DNA of 64,000 bases. Source: Bacteroidales bacterium UBA3808 (lineage in GTDB: Bacteria > Bacteroidota > Bacteroidia > Bacteroidales > Paludibacteraceae). Made by a program: the position numbers and the translations under genes. The notes below the pieces were generated by a model. The model was not told the origin of the DNA and did no database searches. It was given only the letters and a program-made list of their open reading frames with translations. Positions 38,845-48,134 of this stretch are shown here, one piece after another. Within the stretch, counting starts at the first letter, position 1; each line of letters starts with the position of its first letter. The stretch lies in contig DFEG01000010.1 of the NCBI GenBank assembly GCA_002369075.1, positions 2-64,001 of the forward strand. Direction: 5' to 3'.

Positions 38845-41800
38845 ATGTTACCACTCCAACAAGCGTACGAGGTGAAGGAATCGGTGCTGGCCTACATTGA
38901 AGCCACTTTCCGATTCAAAGAAGAGAAAGTGCATAGCGCTTTCTATCAACTCATTCGCGACCCTGAAAACGGACTCTTCAAAGGACCATACATCTCCTTG
39001 AAGACTCCCTTCGTCAAAGCCACTCCCGAAGAAGCCGCAGCTATCCCCTTGGATATCAAGCCAACCGGATTCCTTCCCCATAAGCACCAGCTGCGTAGCT
39101 TCGAGCGACTCACTTCCCGTGACGGGCATCAGCCTCAGCCGACGCTCCTCACCACCGGTACCGGTTCCGGTAAGACCGAGTGTTTCCTCTATCCGATCCT
39201 CGACTACTGCTATCGGCTCAACAAAGATGGTGCACAAAAGGGTATCAAGGTTATCATCATGTACCCCATGAACGCCCTCGCTACCGACCAAGCAACGCGT
39301 CTCGCAGAAGCAATATACAACGATGAAAGACTCCGCGGAGTGGTAACGGCGGGACTCTTCATCGGTGAAGGTGCGGAACGCAAGGCACACGCAACCACGA
39401 TGGGAGAACATAACATCATCGAAGATCGAGACACCATCATCAATACCGCACCGGATATCCTTCTCACCAACTTCAAGATGTTGGATTACGGTCTCATGCA
39501 GCAGCAATATACCAAACTGTGGCACGGCAATGCCAACACCGCAGAACCTATGCTGCGCTATCTCGTCCTCGATGAGTTGCATACCTACGATGGTGCGCAA
39601 GGTACTGATGTCGCTAACCTCATCAGACGTCTCAAACTTAAACTATCGCTCCCCAAACATCATCTCTGTCCGGTTGGCACCAGTGCAACCATCAGCGGTG
39701 GTGAACAGAGCAAGCAGCAACTCATAAGCTACGCTTCCGATGTCTTCGGAGAAGATTTCGACGACCAATCGGTCATTGGTGAAGATCGTGTCGCAATCAA
39801 CGATTTCTTCGATGAATACCTCGACCCCTTTATTCCTTCCGAAGCCGACCTGCAGACCTGCAACGTCCAACTCATGCCGATGCCCGATTATATCCAGCAG
39901 GTACGCCGTATCTGGCTCCCTGGTGCAGGTGATAACCTCGAAGCGATCGGAGAAGGAATACGTTCCCTTACCGTCATTCGTGACCTGCTGAGCATCACCC
40001 AAGAGCATGTCGTTACGGTCGAGCAATTGGAAGACAAACTCGGTGATATCAACCCCGCCTTCCAGCGCCTGCGTCTCAAAGGCAAAGGCAAAAAGGTCAT
40101 CGAGACCATTCTTGCACTCGTTTCCGAAGCACGTGACGGGAAATTCCCGCTGCTCTTCCTCCAGATCCAACTCTGGCAACGAGAACTCAGTGGTGTCGTT
40201 CGCTACGTACAACGCGAACCTGAATTCACATGGCGTAACAGCCTGGAGCAAGACGGTCGTGTCGCGCTCCCAATTTACTTCTGCCGTGACTGCGGTGCAA
40301 GTGGTTGGATCAGCACCAAGAACGCAACCGACTTCCGTTTTGCTACCGACCTCGGTAAGATCAACAAAGCCTTCATGTCCAACGATAAGGACATCGTGCT
40401 CATCAATACCTATGGTCTCAACCATAAACCGATCCCCGACTATCTGGGTGAAGCATCAACCAACGTGGAGGAATATATCCGTCCGCGTGACCTCACCATT
40501 GTCGATAGTTCCGACGATGAAGCAATGCGTATCGTCTATTGCTCCAAACGTCGTGTAGCCAAGAAAACAGGTTCGCAGGCTTTCGTTAAGAACTGTCCGG
40601 AGTGCAACAGCAACTCCCTCGCTATCGTTGGTGGTCGTACCAGCACACTCTCTTCTGTCGCAATCAGTCAGATCATGGCTTCTGACTTCGACGAAAGCGA
40701 TATCGCACAACGCAAAGTGCTCACCTTCACCAATAGCGTCCAAGACGCAGCGCACCAAGCCGGTTTCTACGAGGCACGAACCTATCGTTTCCTCCTTCGT
40801 CAGTCCATACAGCAGTACCTCAAATACCGCTATGAGCAGACGAACGCGCCGATCCGGCTTACCGAATTGCAAGAAGGATTCAAAGCTTATTGGAAAGAAC
40901 ATCTTCCCGGAGATGAGTACTACTATCGCTTCCTTCCGACCGACCTCCTCAACCAAGTCGATCTCAACGAGAACTACCGTGATGCCAACGGTCAGTTCAT
41001 CGAAGCCTTCAAAAAGGAATTCGACCTGCGTATCGATTGGGAGATTTGTGCGGAATTCGGTCTTATGGCGCAACGAGGTCGTACCCTCGAGAAAGTAGGT
41101 TCCAGTGCGTGCTTCTTCGATAAAGAACAACTCGAAGATGTCTTCACCATCATGCAACCATGGATGCGGGAAAACCAACTCGACTATGTCGCAGACGACC
41201 GCCAGCGTTTCCTCCTCTTCCTTAATGGACTCCTCCACCGTATGCGTCTGCGTGGTGCTGTCGATCATCCTTACTATGAGCGATATCGTGGTATCGAGTT
41301 CAAACAAGTGAACCTCAACTGGTCTTTCCAACTGCAACATACCCACTTCCTCAATAAGAAATTCTTCGGCAATGTGCAGTTCCCGAAGTTCTTGCTCACC
41401 CATTACGAGCGGGATCTTTCTGACATACTGGACATCACCGAAATGCAGGGAAATAACGTCAATTGGTACGCCCAGTTCTTCCAACGTTCATTAGAAGGAA
41501 GTCAATTCGGTCAAAAAGCCTATCGTGAAGTGATCAACGATTTCTACCAGCGTCTGCTCGAAGCGATGGTCGAAGCCGGACTCGTCAATCGTGGCAATGC
41601 GGCTAATGGCAACTATGCCATCTGCCCCGAAGCCATCCTCGTAGAACCGCGTGTGAAGCATATCAAATGTGAAGATTGTCAGTCCATGCTCTGTGTGGCG
41701 CAAAGTGATACACTCGCGGAAGGTATTGCCTGTCTGAACTATAACTGCAACGGCTCTTATACCCAAGTACAGCGGAAGGAAGACAACTACTATAAACGCG

Positions 41801-44800
41801 TCTATGACCGAGACAAAGCACCGCGTATCTATGCCCACGAGCACACCGGACTACTCGAACGCTCCAAACGGGAAGAGATTGAGAACGACTTCAAACTGCA
41901 CCCGCATTTCAACTCCATCAATGCCCTCTCTGCTACCAGCACACTCGAGATGGGTATCGACATCGGTACGCTCAACGTCGTCGGCAATACCGACATACCG
42001 CCCAAACCCAGTAACTTCTTACAGCGTATCGGTCGTGCGGGACGTAAATCAGGTACGGCCCTCGTTCTCAACTATGCCCACTCCGATGGAGCACACGATA
42101 TGTTCTACTTCGCCGACCCGCTCGGCATGATGGAAGGAGAAGTGCAGACTCCGGGTTGTTTCTTGCAAGCCAAGGATATTCTCCGGCGTCATTTCTTCGC
42201 GTTCTGTATCGACTCATGGACTTCTGCTGATCCGACGAACACCATTCCGGCGCTCGTCAAACTCATGTCCTTGCGCAGAGATACACTCGCATCGCCCGAT
42301 TTCTTCCTCACGAAGATCCTGGCGTTCATCGATACCAACCGCGATACACTGCTCGCTAAATTCAGGGAACAATATCCGCCGAAAGCAGAAGAATCGCTCG
42401 ATAAACTCCAAGAGACCGTCATCAACGGCGATTTTGCAGAAGCCATCAAAGGGGCCTTCCGTGATCTCATCGAGCGCCACATTAGTACGTTTCGTCGCAT
42501 GAACGATATCGAGTCCCAGATCAATGCACTCGCTGCAAACGATCCGAGACGCGACGCACTCAAAGATGAACTCAAACCGCTCAAACGAGAGATATCCCGT
42601 ATCCTCAATGCCAACGTCATTGAGTTCATGACCAATGCCGGTCTGCTGCCGAACTATGCCTTCCCTGAGACTGGTGTCAAACTGGAAGCAACCGTCTATA
42701 AGCAGAAGCCCGCTGAAGATGAGAGTGTCTCCGAACTTATGCCCGACACCTTCGAACTCGTACGTCCCGCGTCCAACGGTCTCAAAGATCTTGCCCCGGG
42801 AAACCGATTCTATTCGCAGAAATACGAGATGCTGATATCCGGTGTCAATACCTTCGATTGGAATAAGACCCTCGGACGATTCCGTTACTGCTCCGATTGC
42901 GATTGTATCGCTGCCGAAGGAACCGACTGGTTCAACCAGCCTACCTGTCCCAAATGTGGTAGCGCTTCATGGGGTGGAACCGGTAACATCCACCATTTCC
43001 TCCGCTTCACCGGTGCTCGAAGCAGCATGAAACGAACCGATGCAGCTATCAACGACCGTTCCGATGAACGCGAACGCGAAAATTTCCATATCATGAAGCA
43101 TTTCCGCTTCAACTACCATGGTGCAGTCCGCTCCTACGGTCTCAAGAACGTCGGTTTCGGTATTGAGTTCTGTCCGGAAATGGACCTCATGGAGGTCAAC
43201 TACGGACCGCAGATGGCTTCGCAATCGCAAGTACAGATCGAGGGTGCTAAAGTACCGTCGCGTGGATTCATCGTCTGCCGCGAGTGTGGCAAGACGGTCA
43301 CCAAAGAAGTGGCTGACGCAGAAGAATGTCACTATCCTTTCTGCCACCACAAAGATGTACCGTACCCGCCGCATGAGGAAGCTGACATGGATGTCTTCAT
43401 GCCCACCTATCTCTACCGGCGCACTCAAACCGAAGCCATCAAAGTGCTGCTCCCTGTTCATCTACTTGATACCGAAGCTACGGTGCAGATGTTCAAAGCC
43501 GGACTCGAACTCGGCATGCGGTACTACTACCAGAGTAGCCCCGATCATATCCGCATCGATGTATACCGCGAGATGAACCAAGCCACACGCCAGTTCGATA
43601 ACTACCTCATCATCTACGATACCATTCCGGGTGGTACCGGCTATCTCTCGCGACTCCAATCGCCCGAAGAATTCAGCAAACTTCTCACCATCGCCTACGA
43701 GCATATCCGCGATTGTGAGTGCCAACGGCACGGAAAGGATGGGTGCTACCATTGTATCCTCTCTTATGCCAACCAATATATCCGGGAACAACTCAGTCGG
43801 GATCGTGCCGAAGAACTCTTCAAGAAACTCGTCGATGAACTCTCCAACTGGGAAGAGATAGATGGCTCTATCGGAACCGTCACGCAGAGTGGTGTCATCG
43901 AAGATAGCGAACTCGAACGGCAGTTCATCCTCGATATGGATCACTACTGCCGTGCCCACAATGGTTGGACGTGGTCCAAGCAACATGGCGAGAATGGTCT
44001 CTACCATTATATCCTCGATATCAAGCAGAAAGACCGTGCCTTACGTTACGTCATTCGTCCGCAATACCAACTCGGTGAAGCACAAGGCGTCGCCTTATAC
44101 ACCGTGCCTGACTTCCAGATCATCTGTATCAAAGCCATGGTGAACGGACAGAACATAGAGACCGAACGTATCCCGCAGTGGTCTATCTACCTCGACGGCT
44201 ATAGCTTCCATGCCAACTCTGAGTGCATGCGTTTCTATAGCGACTTCGAGAAACGGGAAGCTATTCGTCATAATACGCTCACCCGCATGAACACGTGGAC
44301 GCTCACTTGGGATGATCTCAATATCTTCGAAGGACAAGCAACGGTCGCTGAAGATGGACTCTATAACGGTAACTCCATGAACGGGTTCGCCAATGAGACC
44401 AGACTCGCCAAGAACTCCTTCGAACGACTCTTGCAAATGCTCATCTTGGTCGATATCGATTCAATTCGTTTTGATATCTACAAATACTTAGTTTGTAAGT
44501 CAACCAGTAGTGAGAATATTTGTCCTCCAGAGAGAGTAGAAGATGCTATATTCCTTCACGCTAATGGGGAATTCGCTGACGAAGTGACTCCGCAGATGAG
44601 GCAAAATTGGTCTTTCTTCGTTAAAAATCAATTATTGCAGCGTTCTTCACTCGTCAATGGATCTGCATGGGTGATGCCAAAACAAGGCGTTACTGTACAA
44701 GACAAACTCGAAGATAAGGTATGCTACGACTTCCAGATTGTTCCGAACCTTTCTGTAATCAACAAAGAAGATTGGAATGACTTTTGGCGTCGTTACAATC

Positions 44801-44853
44801 TTCTGCAGTTCTTCAAACTTGTGGGCGATGAAGAATCAGAAATAGAGGAATAA
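38845..44853 (+). CDS. 2002-aa DEAD/DEAH helicase fused to a DUF1998/MZB zinc module (DrmA-DrmB-like fusion) with several zinc ribbons and a C-terminal Vsr/DUF559-like motif
   Basis: LLTTGTGSGKTECF, VLDELHTYDG, LQRIGRAGR, the CRECG...CYHC module, zinc ribbons CRDCG/CPECN and CSDCDC...CPKCG, and the tail VPDFQ...IYLDGYSFH. Confidence 0.8.
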   Translation: MLPLQQAYEVKESVLAYIEATFRFKEEKVHSAFYQLIRDPENGLFKGPYISLKTPFVKATPEEAAAIPLDIKPTGFLPHKHQLRSFERLTSRDGHQPQPTLLTTGTGSGKTECFLYPILDYCYRLNKDGAQKGIKVIIMYPMNALATDQATRLAEAIYNDERLRGVVTAGLFIGEGAERKAHATTMGEHNIIEDRDTIINTAPDILLTNFKMLDYGLMQQQYTKLWHGNANTAEPMLRYLVLDELHTYDGAQGTDVANLIRRLKLKLSLPKHHLCPVGTSATISGGEQSKQQLISYASDVFGEDFDDQSVIGEDRVAINDFFDEYLDPFIPSEADLQTCNVQLMPMPDYIQQVRRIWLPGAGDNLEAIGEGIRSLTVIRDLLSITQEHVVTVEQLEDKLGDINPAFQRLRLKGKGKKVIETILALVSEARDGKFPLLFLQIQLWQRELSGVVRYVQREPEFTWRNSLEQDGRVALPIYFCRDCGASGWISTKNATDFRFATDLGKINKAFMSNDKDIVLINTYGLNHKPIPDYLGEASTNVEEYIRPRDLTIVDSSDDEAMRIVYCSKRRVAKKTGSQAFVKNCPECNSNSLAIVGGRTSTLSSVAISQIMASDFDESDIAQRKVLTFTNSVQDAAHQAGFYEARTYRFLLRQSIQQYLKYRYEQTNAPIRLTELQEGFKAYWKEHLPGDEYYYRFLPTDLLNQVDLNENYRDANGQFIEAFKKEFDLRIDWEICAEFGLMAQRGRTLEKVGSSACFFDKEQLEDVFTIMQPWMRENQLDYVADDRQRFLLFLNGLLHRMRLRGAVDHPYYERYRGIEFKQVNLNWSFQLQHTHFLNKKFFGNVQFPKFLLTHYERDLSDILDITEMQGNNVNWYAQFFQRSLEGSQFGQKAYREVINDFYQRLLEAMVEAGLVNRGNAANGNYAICPEAILVEPRVKHIKCEDCQSMLCVAQSDTLAEGIACLNYNCNGSYTQVQRKEDNYYKRVYDRDKAPRIYAHEHTGLLERSKREEIENDFKLHPHFNSINALSATSTLEMGIDIGTLNVVGNTDIPPKPSNFLQRIGRAGRKSGTALVLNYAHSDGAHDMFYFADPLGMMEGEVQTPGCFLQAKDILRRHFFAFCIDSWTSADPTNTIPALVKLMSLRRDTLASPDFFLTKILAFIDTNRDTLLAKFREQYPPKAEESLDKLQETVINGDFAEAIKGAFRDLIERHISTFRRMNDIESQINALAANDPRRDALKDELKPLKREISRILNANVIEFMTNAGLLPNYAFPETGVKLEATVYKQKPAEDESVSELMPDTFELVRPASNGLKDLAPGNRFYSQKYEMLISGVNTFDWNKTLGRFRYCSDCDCIAAEGTDWFNQPTCPKCGSASWGGTGNIHHFLRFTGARSSMKRTDAAINDRSDERERENFHIMKHFRFNYHGAVRSYGLKNVGFGIEFCPEMDLMEVNYGPQMASQSQVQIEGAKVPSRGFIVCRECGKTVTKEVADAEECHYPFCHHKDVPYPPHEEADMDVFMPTYLYRRTQTEAIKVLLPVHLLDTEATVQMFKAGLELGMRYYYQSSPDHIRIDVYREMNQATRQFDNYLIIYDTIPGGTGYLSRLQSPEEFSKLLTIAYEHIRDCECQRHGKDGCYHCILSYANQYIREQLSRDRAEELFKKLVDELSNWEEIDGSIGTVTQSGVIEDSELERQFILDMDHYCRAHNGWTWSKQHGENGLYHYILDIKQKDRALRYVIRPQYQLGEAQGVALYTVPDFQIICIKAMVNGQNIETERIPQWSIYLDGYSFHANSECMRFYSDFEKREAIRHNTLTRMNTWTLTWDDLNIFEGQATVAEDGLYNGNSMNGFANETRLAKNSFERLLQMLILVDIDSIRFDIYKYLVCKSTSSENICPPERVEDAIFLHANGEFADEVTPQMRQNWSFFVKNQLLQRSSLVNGSAWVMPKQGVTVQDKLEDKVCYDFQIVPNLSVINKEDWNDFWRRYNLLQFFKLVGDEESEIEE

Positions 44854-44871
44854 CTCAAAATATAGTCGTGT

Positions 44872-45849
44872 ATGCAAGTTATCAAGAAAACATTTGAGTA
44901 TTTCACGGCAGAAAAGTACTGCGATTTGGAATATGGTACAATCTATTATGTGCCCGGAACATCCTCGCACGAACTCAACGACTATATCTGCGCACGTGCC
45001 GACGAGATAGCCGCTCAGCTCAACAACGATGACCGTAACTGGGTCACATGCCGTATCGTCTACCTCACAAAAGACAATCCTCTCTTTGCTCCGTCCTCAA
45101 AACCTACGCTGCACAGCGCCATGTTACCGACGAGCGATACGCCCGCAAACGCATGCAGTTTCCTAAAGGCATCGCTGGACATCACCGAACCTTCCATTGT
45201 CGAAGACGCTCTCATCGAGTATTTCCGCACCTTGCAGCTGATGTTCGATGATATCTTGGACAAAGGCACGTGTAGCCATTATCTTCTGACTAGTACGATA
45301 CTCTCGCCCGTCGATGATCAGATTCGCTTCTCTGTTTCCCGTCGGGAGATGGATTTCGATGAAAATCGTATTAAAACTTGCGAGTGTCTCGACATGGCGT
45401 ACGAGGAAGAAGATGTTGAGCATTTCGACTATCCGAGTCGCCTCGAAATCACACCTAATACCTTCCAAGTGCTCCTACCGGACTACCATCGGGAAATCAA
45501 GTTCAACGCGCAGATTAAAGCCCTGTACGTACTCTTTCTTAACCACCCGGAAGGCATTCGCATGAAGGAAATCGGCGACTACAAAGAGGAGTATAAGCAA
45601 CTTTATCTATATTTCACTAATCGTGGTAATCTGGAACAGTTACGCCTCGCTGTCGATAAACTCTTCGATGCGTATAACCCCAATACCCTCAATGTCAAAA
45701 AATCCCAATGCAGCGAGCAATTAAGAATTGCTATTCCAGAAGATAACTTGCGACAATACTATGAGATTCAAGTTCATCGCGGCGAACCCCACAAGATCAA
45801 CCTCGACCGCTCCCTTGTCTCTATGCCTGATTTCTTGCACCAACTATAG
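44872..45849 (+). CDS. Hypothetical protein, last gene of the DISARM-like operon
   Basis: 325-aa ORF 19 nt after the helicase stop. No recognisable motif. The C-terminal third (ALYVLFLNHPEGIRMKEIG) could be wHTH-like. Confidence 0.5.
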   Translation: MQVIKKTFEYFTAEKYCDLEYGTIYYVPGTSSHELNDYICARADEIAAQLNNDDRNWVTCRIVYLTKDNPLFAPSSKPTLHSAMLPTSDTPANACSFLKASLDITEPSIVEDALIEYFRTLQLMFDDILDKGTCSHYLLTSTILSPVDDQIRFSVSRREMDFDENRIKTCECLDMAYEEEDVEHFDYPSRLEITPNTFQVLLPDYHREIKFNAQIKALYVLFLNHPEGIRMKEIGDYKEEYKQLYLYFTNRGNLEQLRLAVDKLFDAYNPNTLNVKKSQCSEQLRIAIPEDNLRQYYEIQVHRGEPHKINLDRSLVSMPDFLHQL

Positions 45850-45899
45850 TTTGTAACGTTACAAACATTTGCTTGCCTCGTATAAAAGCAGTACCTTTG
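45848..45899 (+). promoter_or_regulatory. Palindrome-promoter cassette 1 (AGTTTGTAACGTTACAAAC, TTTG, 20 nt, TACCTTTG)
   Basis: Palindrome at 45848-45866 overlapping the TAG stop at 45847-45849. -33 at 45868-45871 and -7 at 45892-45899. Confidence 0.7.
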
Positions 45900-45923
45900 C
45901 ACCGGATTTAAAACAACCCGACC

Positions 45924-46889
45924 ATGACCCAAGAACAAGACATAAGTAAACTGGATTTGCTATTTACGGAAATTGATACGTACCGTAGCAGTAAATTCTT
46001 CAAAAGGTTGATCGAATTCTGCGCCCGCTTTAAGACGCTGGCACCATACAACGCAATGCTTGTGCGCTTCCAAATGCCGGGTGCTCGTTATGTATTGACC
46101 TCTGCCGAATGGAGATCCAGATATCACCGCGGCGTGAAAGCAAAAGCAAGACCGTTAATCATCCTTGTGCCCTTTGGACCGGTGAATTTCGTGTTCGACA
46201 TCAAGGATACGTATCCTCTATCTCCTGATGATCCAAACACCACGGAGCAGATTCTGAAAGCGATGGAAAATCCTTACGCAACGCACGGGGAATTCAACAG
46301 ACAGTATCTTCATTTTCTCGAAAACAACCTGCAATATCATGGTATAGCTTACAATCCTAATTGGGAAACCGGTTCTACGGTGGCTGGAGAGCTCAAGCCA
46401 CTGCCGAATTCTTCAGAATACATGAAAGTTTATATTCCTTTTAGGAAAGGAGAGTTTCCTGTGCAGTCAAAGGCTCATTACGTTTTGAGCACCAGCAGTG
46501 ACGGCCATGATGGACAAACATTGGCCACTATTGCACATGAGTTGGGACATCTATTCTGCAATCATCTGCCCGCGCCCAAAGGTTGGAAGCATGCTTGGGC
46601 AGAAAGAGACATCGAATCCGAAGCCAAAGAATTTGAAGCAGAAGTGGTCTCATGGTTTATATGCGACAGATTGGGAATAAAGACTCCTTCTCACGAATAT
46701 CTCAGTGGCTTTTTGAAAAGCAATGATGAAATCCCCAAAGGAGCAAGCGTAGAAAGAATATTCTATGCCATCACTAAGGTGTGGGAAATGTGTTATAATG
46801 TGAACTTCACGTATAGAAATGGTTTGTTATACAAAAACGACGAGAAGTTTCAGGATGACGTCAAAGCAATAATAGAAAAGAACAAATAA
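45924..46889 (+). CDS. HExxH zinc metallopeptidase (ImmA/IrrE-like; the N-terminal half is possibly ArdC-N-like)
   Basis: ATIAHELGHLFCNH. The N-terminal PYNAMLVRFQMPGARYVLTSAEWRSRYHRGVKAKARPLIIL resembles the ArdC/DUF1738 pattern, judged by eye. Confidence 0.55.
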   Translation: MTQEQDISKLDLLFTEIDTYRSSKFFKRLIEFCARFKTLAPYNAMLVRFQMPGARYVLTSAEWRSRYHRGVKAKARPLIILVPFGPVNFVFDIKDTYPLSPDDPNTTEQILKAMENPYATHGEFNRQYLHFLENNLQYHGIAYNPNWETGSTVAGELKPLPNSSEYMKVYIPFRKGEFPVQSKAHYVLSTSSDGHDGQTLATIAHELGHLFCNHLPAPKGWKHAWAERDIESEAKEFEAEVVSWFICDRLGIKTPSHEYLSGFLKSNDEIPKGASVERIFYAITKVWEMCYNVNFTYRNGLLYKNDEKFQDDVKAIIEKNK

Positions 46890-47341
46890 TGGATACCCCT
46901 AAGAAAATAGTATATGTGGACATGGATAATGTCCTTGTCGATTTCCAGAGCGGGATAGATGCCATGCAAGACGTCATTACGTCAGAGTATGACGGTCGCA
47001 TTGACGAAGTGCCGCATATCTTTGCACACATGGAACCGCTCCCCGGCGCCGTTGAAGCCTACCGCGCCTTGTGCGAAAAATATGATTGTTATATCCTCAG
47101 CACTTCTCCTTGGAGCAACCCTACCGCTGCAAGCGATAAGTTCGATTGGGTTAAGAAATATCTTGGCGATGTTGCCTATAAGCGTCTAATCCTCTCGCAC
47201 CACAAGAACCTCAATCGTGGTGACTATCTGATCGATGATCGCCCTAACAAATGTGGTGCCGACCTCTTTGAAGGCGAAGTAATTCCTTTTGGCAGCGACC
47301 AATTCCCCAACTGGGATGCAGTATTGAAGTATTTATTGTAA
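46889..47341 (+). CDS. 5'(3')-deoxyribonucleotidase (NT5C family, HAD superfamily)
   Basis: HAD motif I (VYVDMDNVLVDF), ILSTSPW, and the C-terminal DYLIDDRP. Confidence 0.7.
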   Translation: MDTPKKIVYVDMDNVLVDFQSGIDAMQDVITSEYDGRIDEVPHIFAHMEPLPGAVEAYRALCEKYDCYILSTSPWSNPTAASDKFDWVKKYLGDVAYKRLILSHHKNLNRGDYLIDDRPNKCGADLFEGEVIPFGSDQFPNWDAVLKYLL

Positions 47342-47363
47342 TGAAATAATTAATAGCTAATTT

Positions 47364-48134
47364 ATGGTACTATATCAAGTTCTCAGATGGTGTTTTATTA
47401 TAGCAGCAATTCTGGCATTCGCTGGATTGTGCATAAACTCCTCAAATGCAGGCGGTGAGTATGTGCAAAACAATTTTTTACGTAGAAACATCGTCTTGTG
47501 TCTATGTGTAATGCTTTGCGCTTATTTATTGGATAATTCTTTTAGGATGTTATCTATCATCTTGCTATTGGGGGTTGTTTTCTTTTTGGTGGTGTTTATA
47601 ATAGAAGCCTTCAAAACAAGGAAAATCAATGATGCAATACGATATGGTATTAAAGGTACCTATTGGACAAAATATTATGATGACGATTACGGTAAGTTCT
47701 ACTTGGTAAGAAGATACACTTATCTTCATAACTTGGGTAAATGTTCAGATTCTGATAATAGAGAGGAGTATTATGGATTATTGGACTTATATGACAATGA
47801 AACGCATAAGTTTGTTCGTACCGTATCTAAAGAATTGCTATGGGAGATGATTAAGAAGCATATCAGTAAAGATAAGGTGCATTCACGTATGAAGACATAC
47901 TGCGACTTTGCAATAATGTATCCTAAATTGCAATATAGTGCATATAGGATAGATGTAAAAAAATTCAAGGACATTGCTGCGCAGTATGGTGCCGAGCATA
48001 ATATTACAATTGAATATGAGTTTGTATCATCTGGGAACGAATTATACCTAATGATATATAATCAAGATATCTCTCAATTGAAAAAAGATTTGCCGGAGTT
48101 AATGAATTTAGCTGACGAATATCGTAGTTTGTAA
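47364..48134 (+). CDS. Membrane-anchored hypothetical protein (3 N-terminal TM helices plus a soluble domain)
   Basis: Hydrophobic segments within residues 1-85. AT-rich codon usage. Confidence 0.5.
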   Translation: MVLYQVLRWCFIIAAILAFAGLCINSSNAGGEYVQNNFLRRNIVLCLCVMLCAYLLDNSFRMLSIILLLGVVFFLVVFIIEAFKTRKINDAIRYGIKGTYWTKYYDDDYGKFYLVRRYTYLHNLGKCSDSDNREEYYGLLDLYDNETHKFVRTVSKELLWEMIKKHISKDKVHSRMKTYCDFAIMYPKLQYSAYRIDVKKFKDIAAQYGAEHNITIEYEFVSSGNELYLMIYNQDISQLKKDLPELMNLADEYRSL

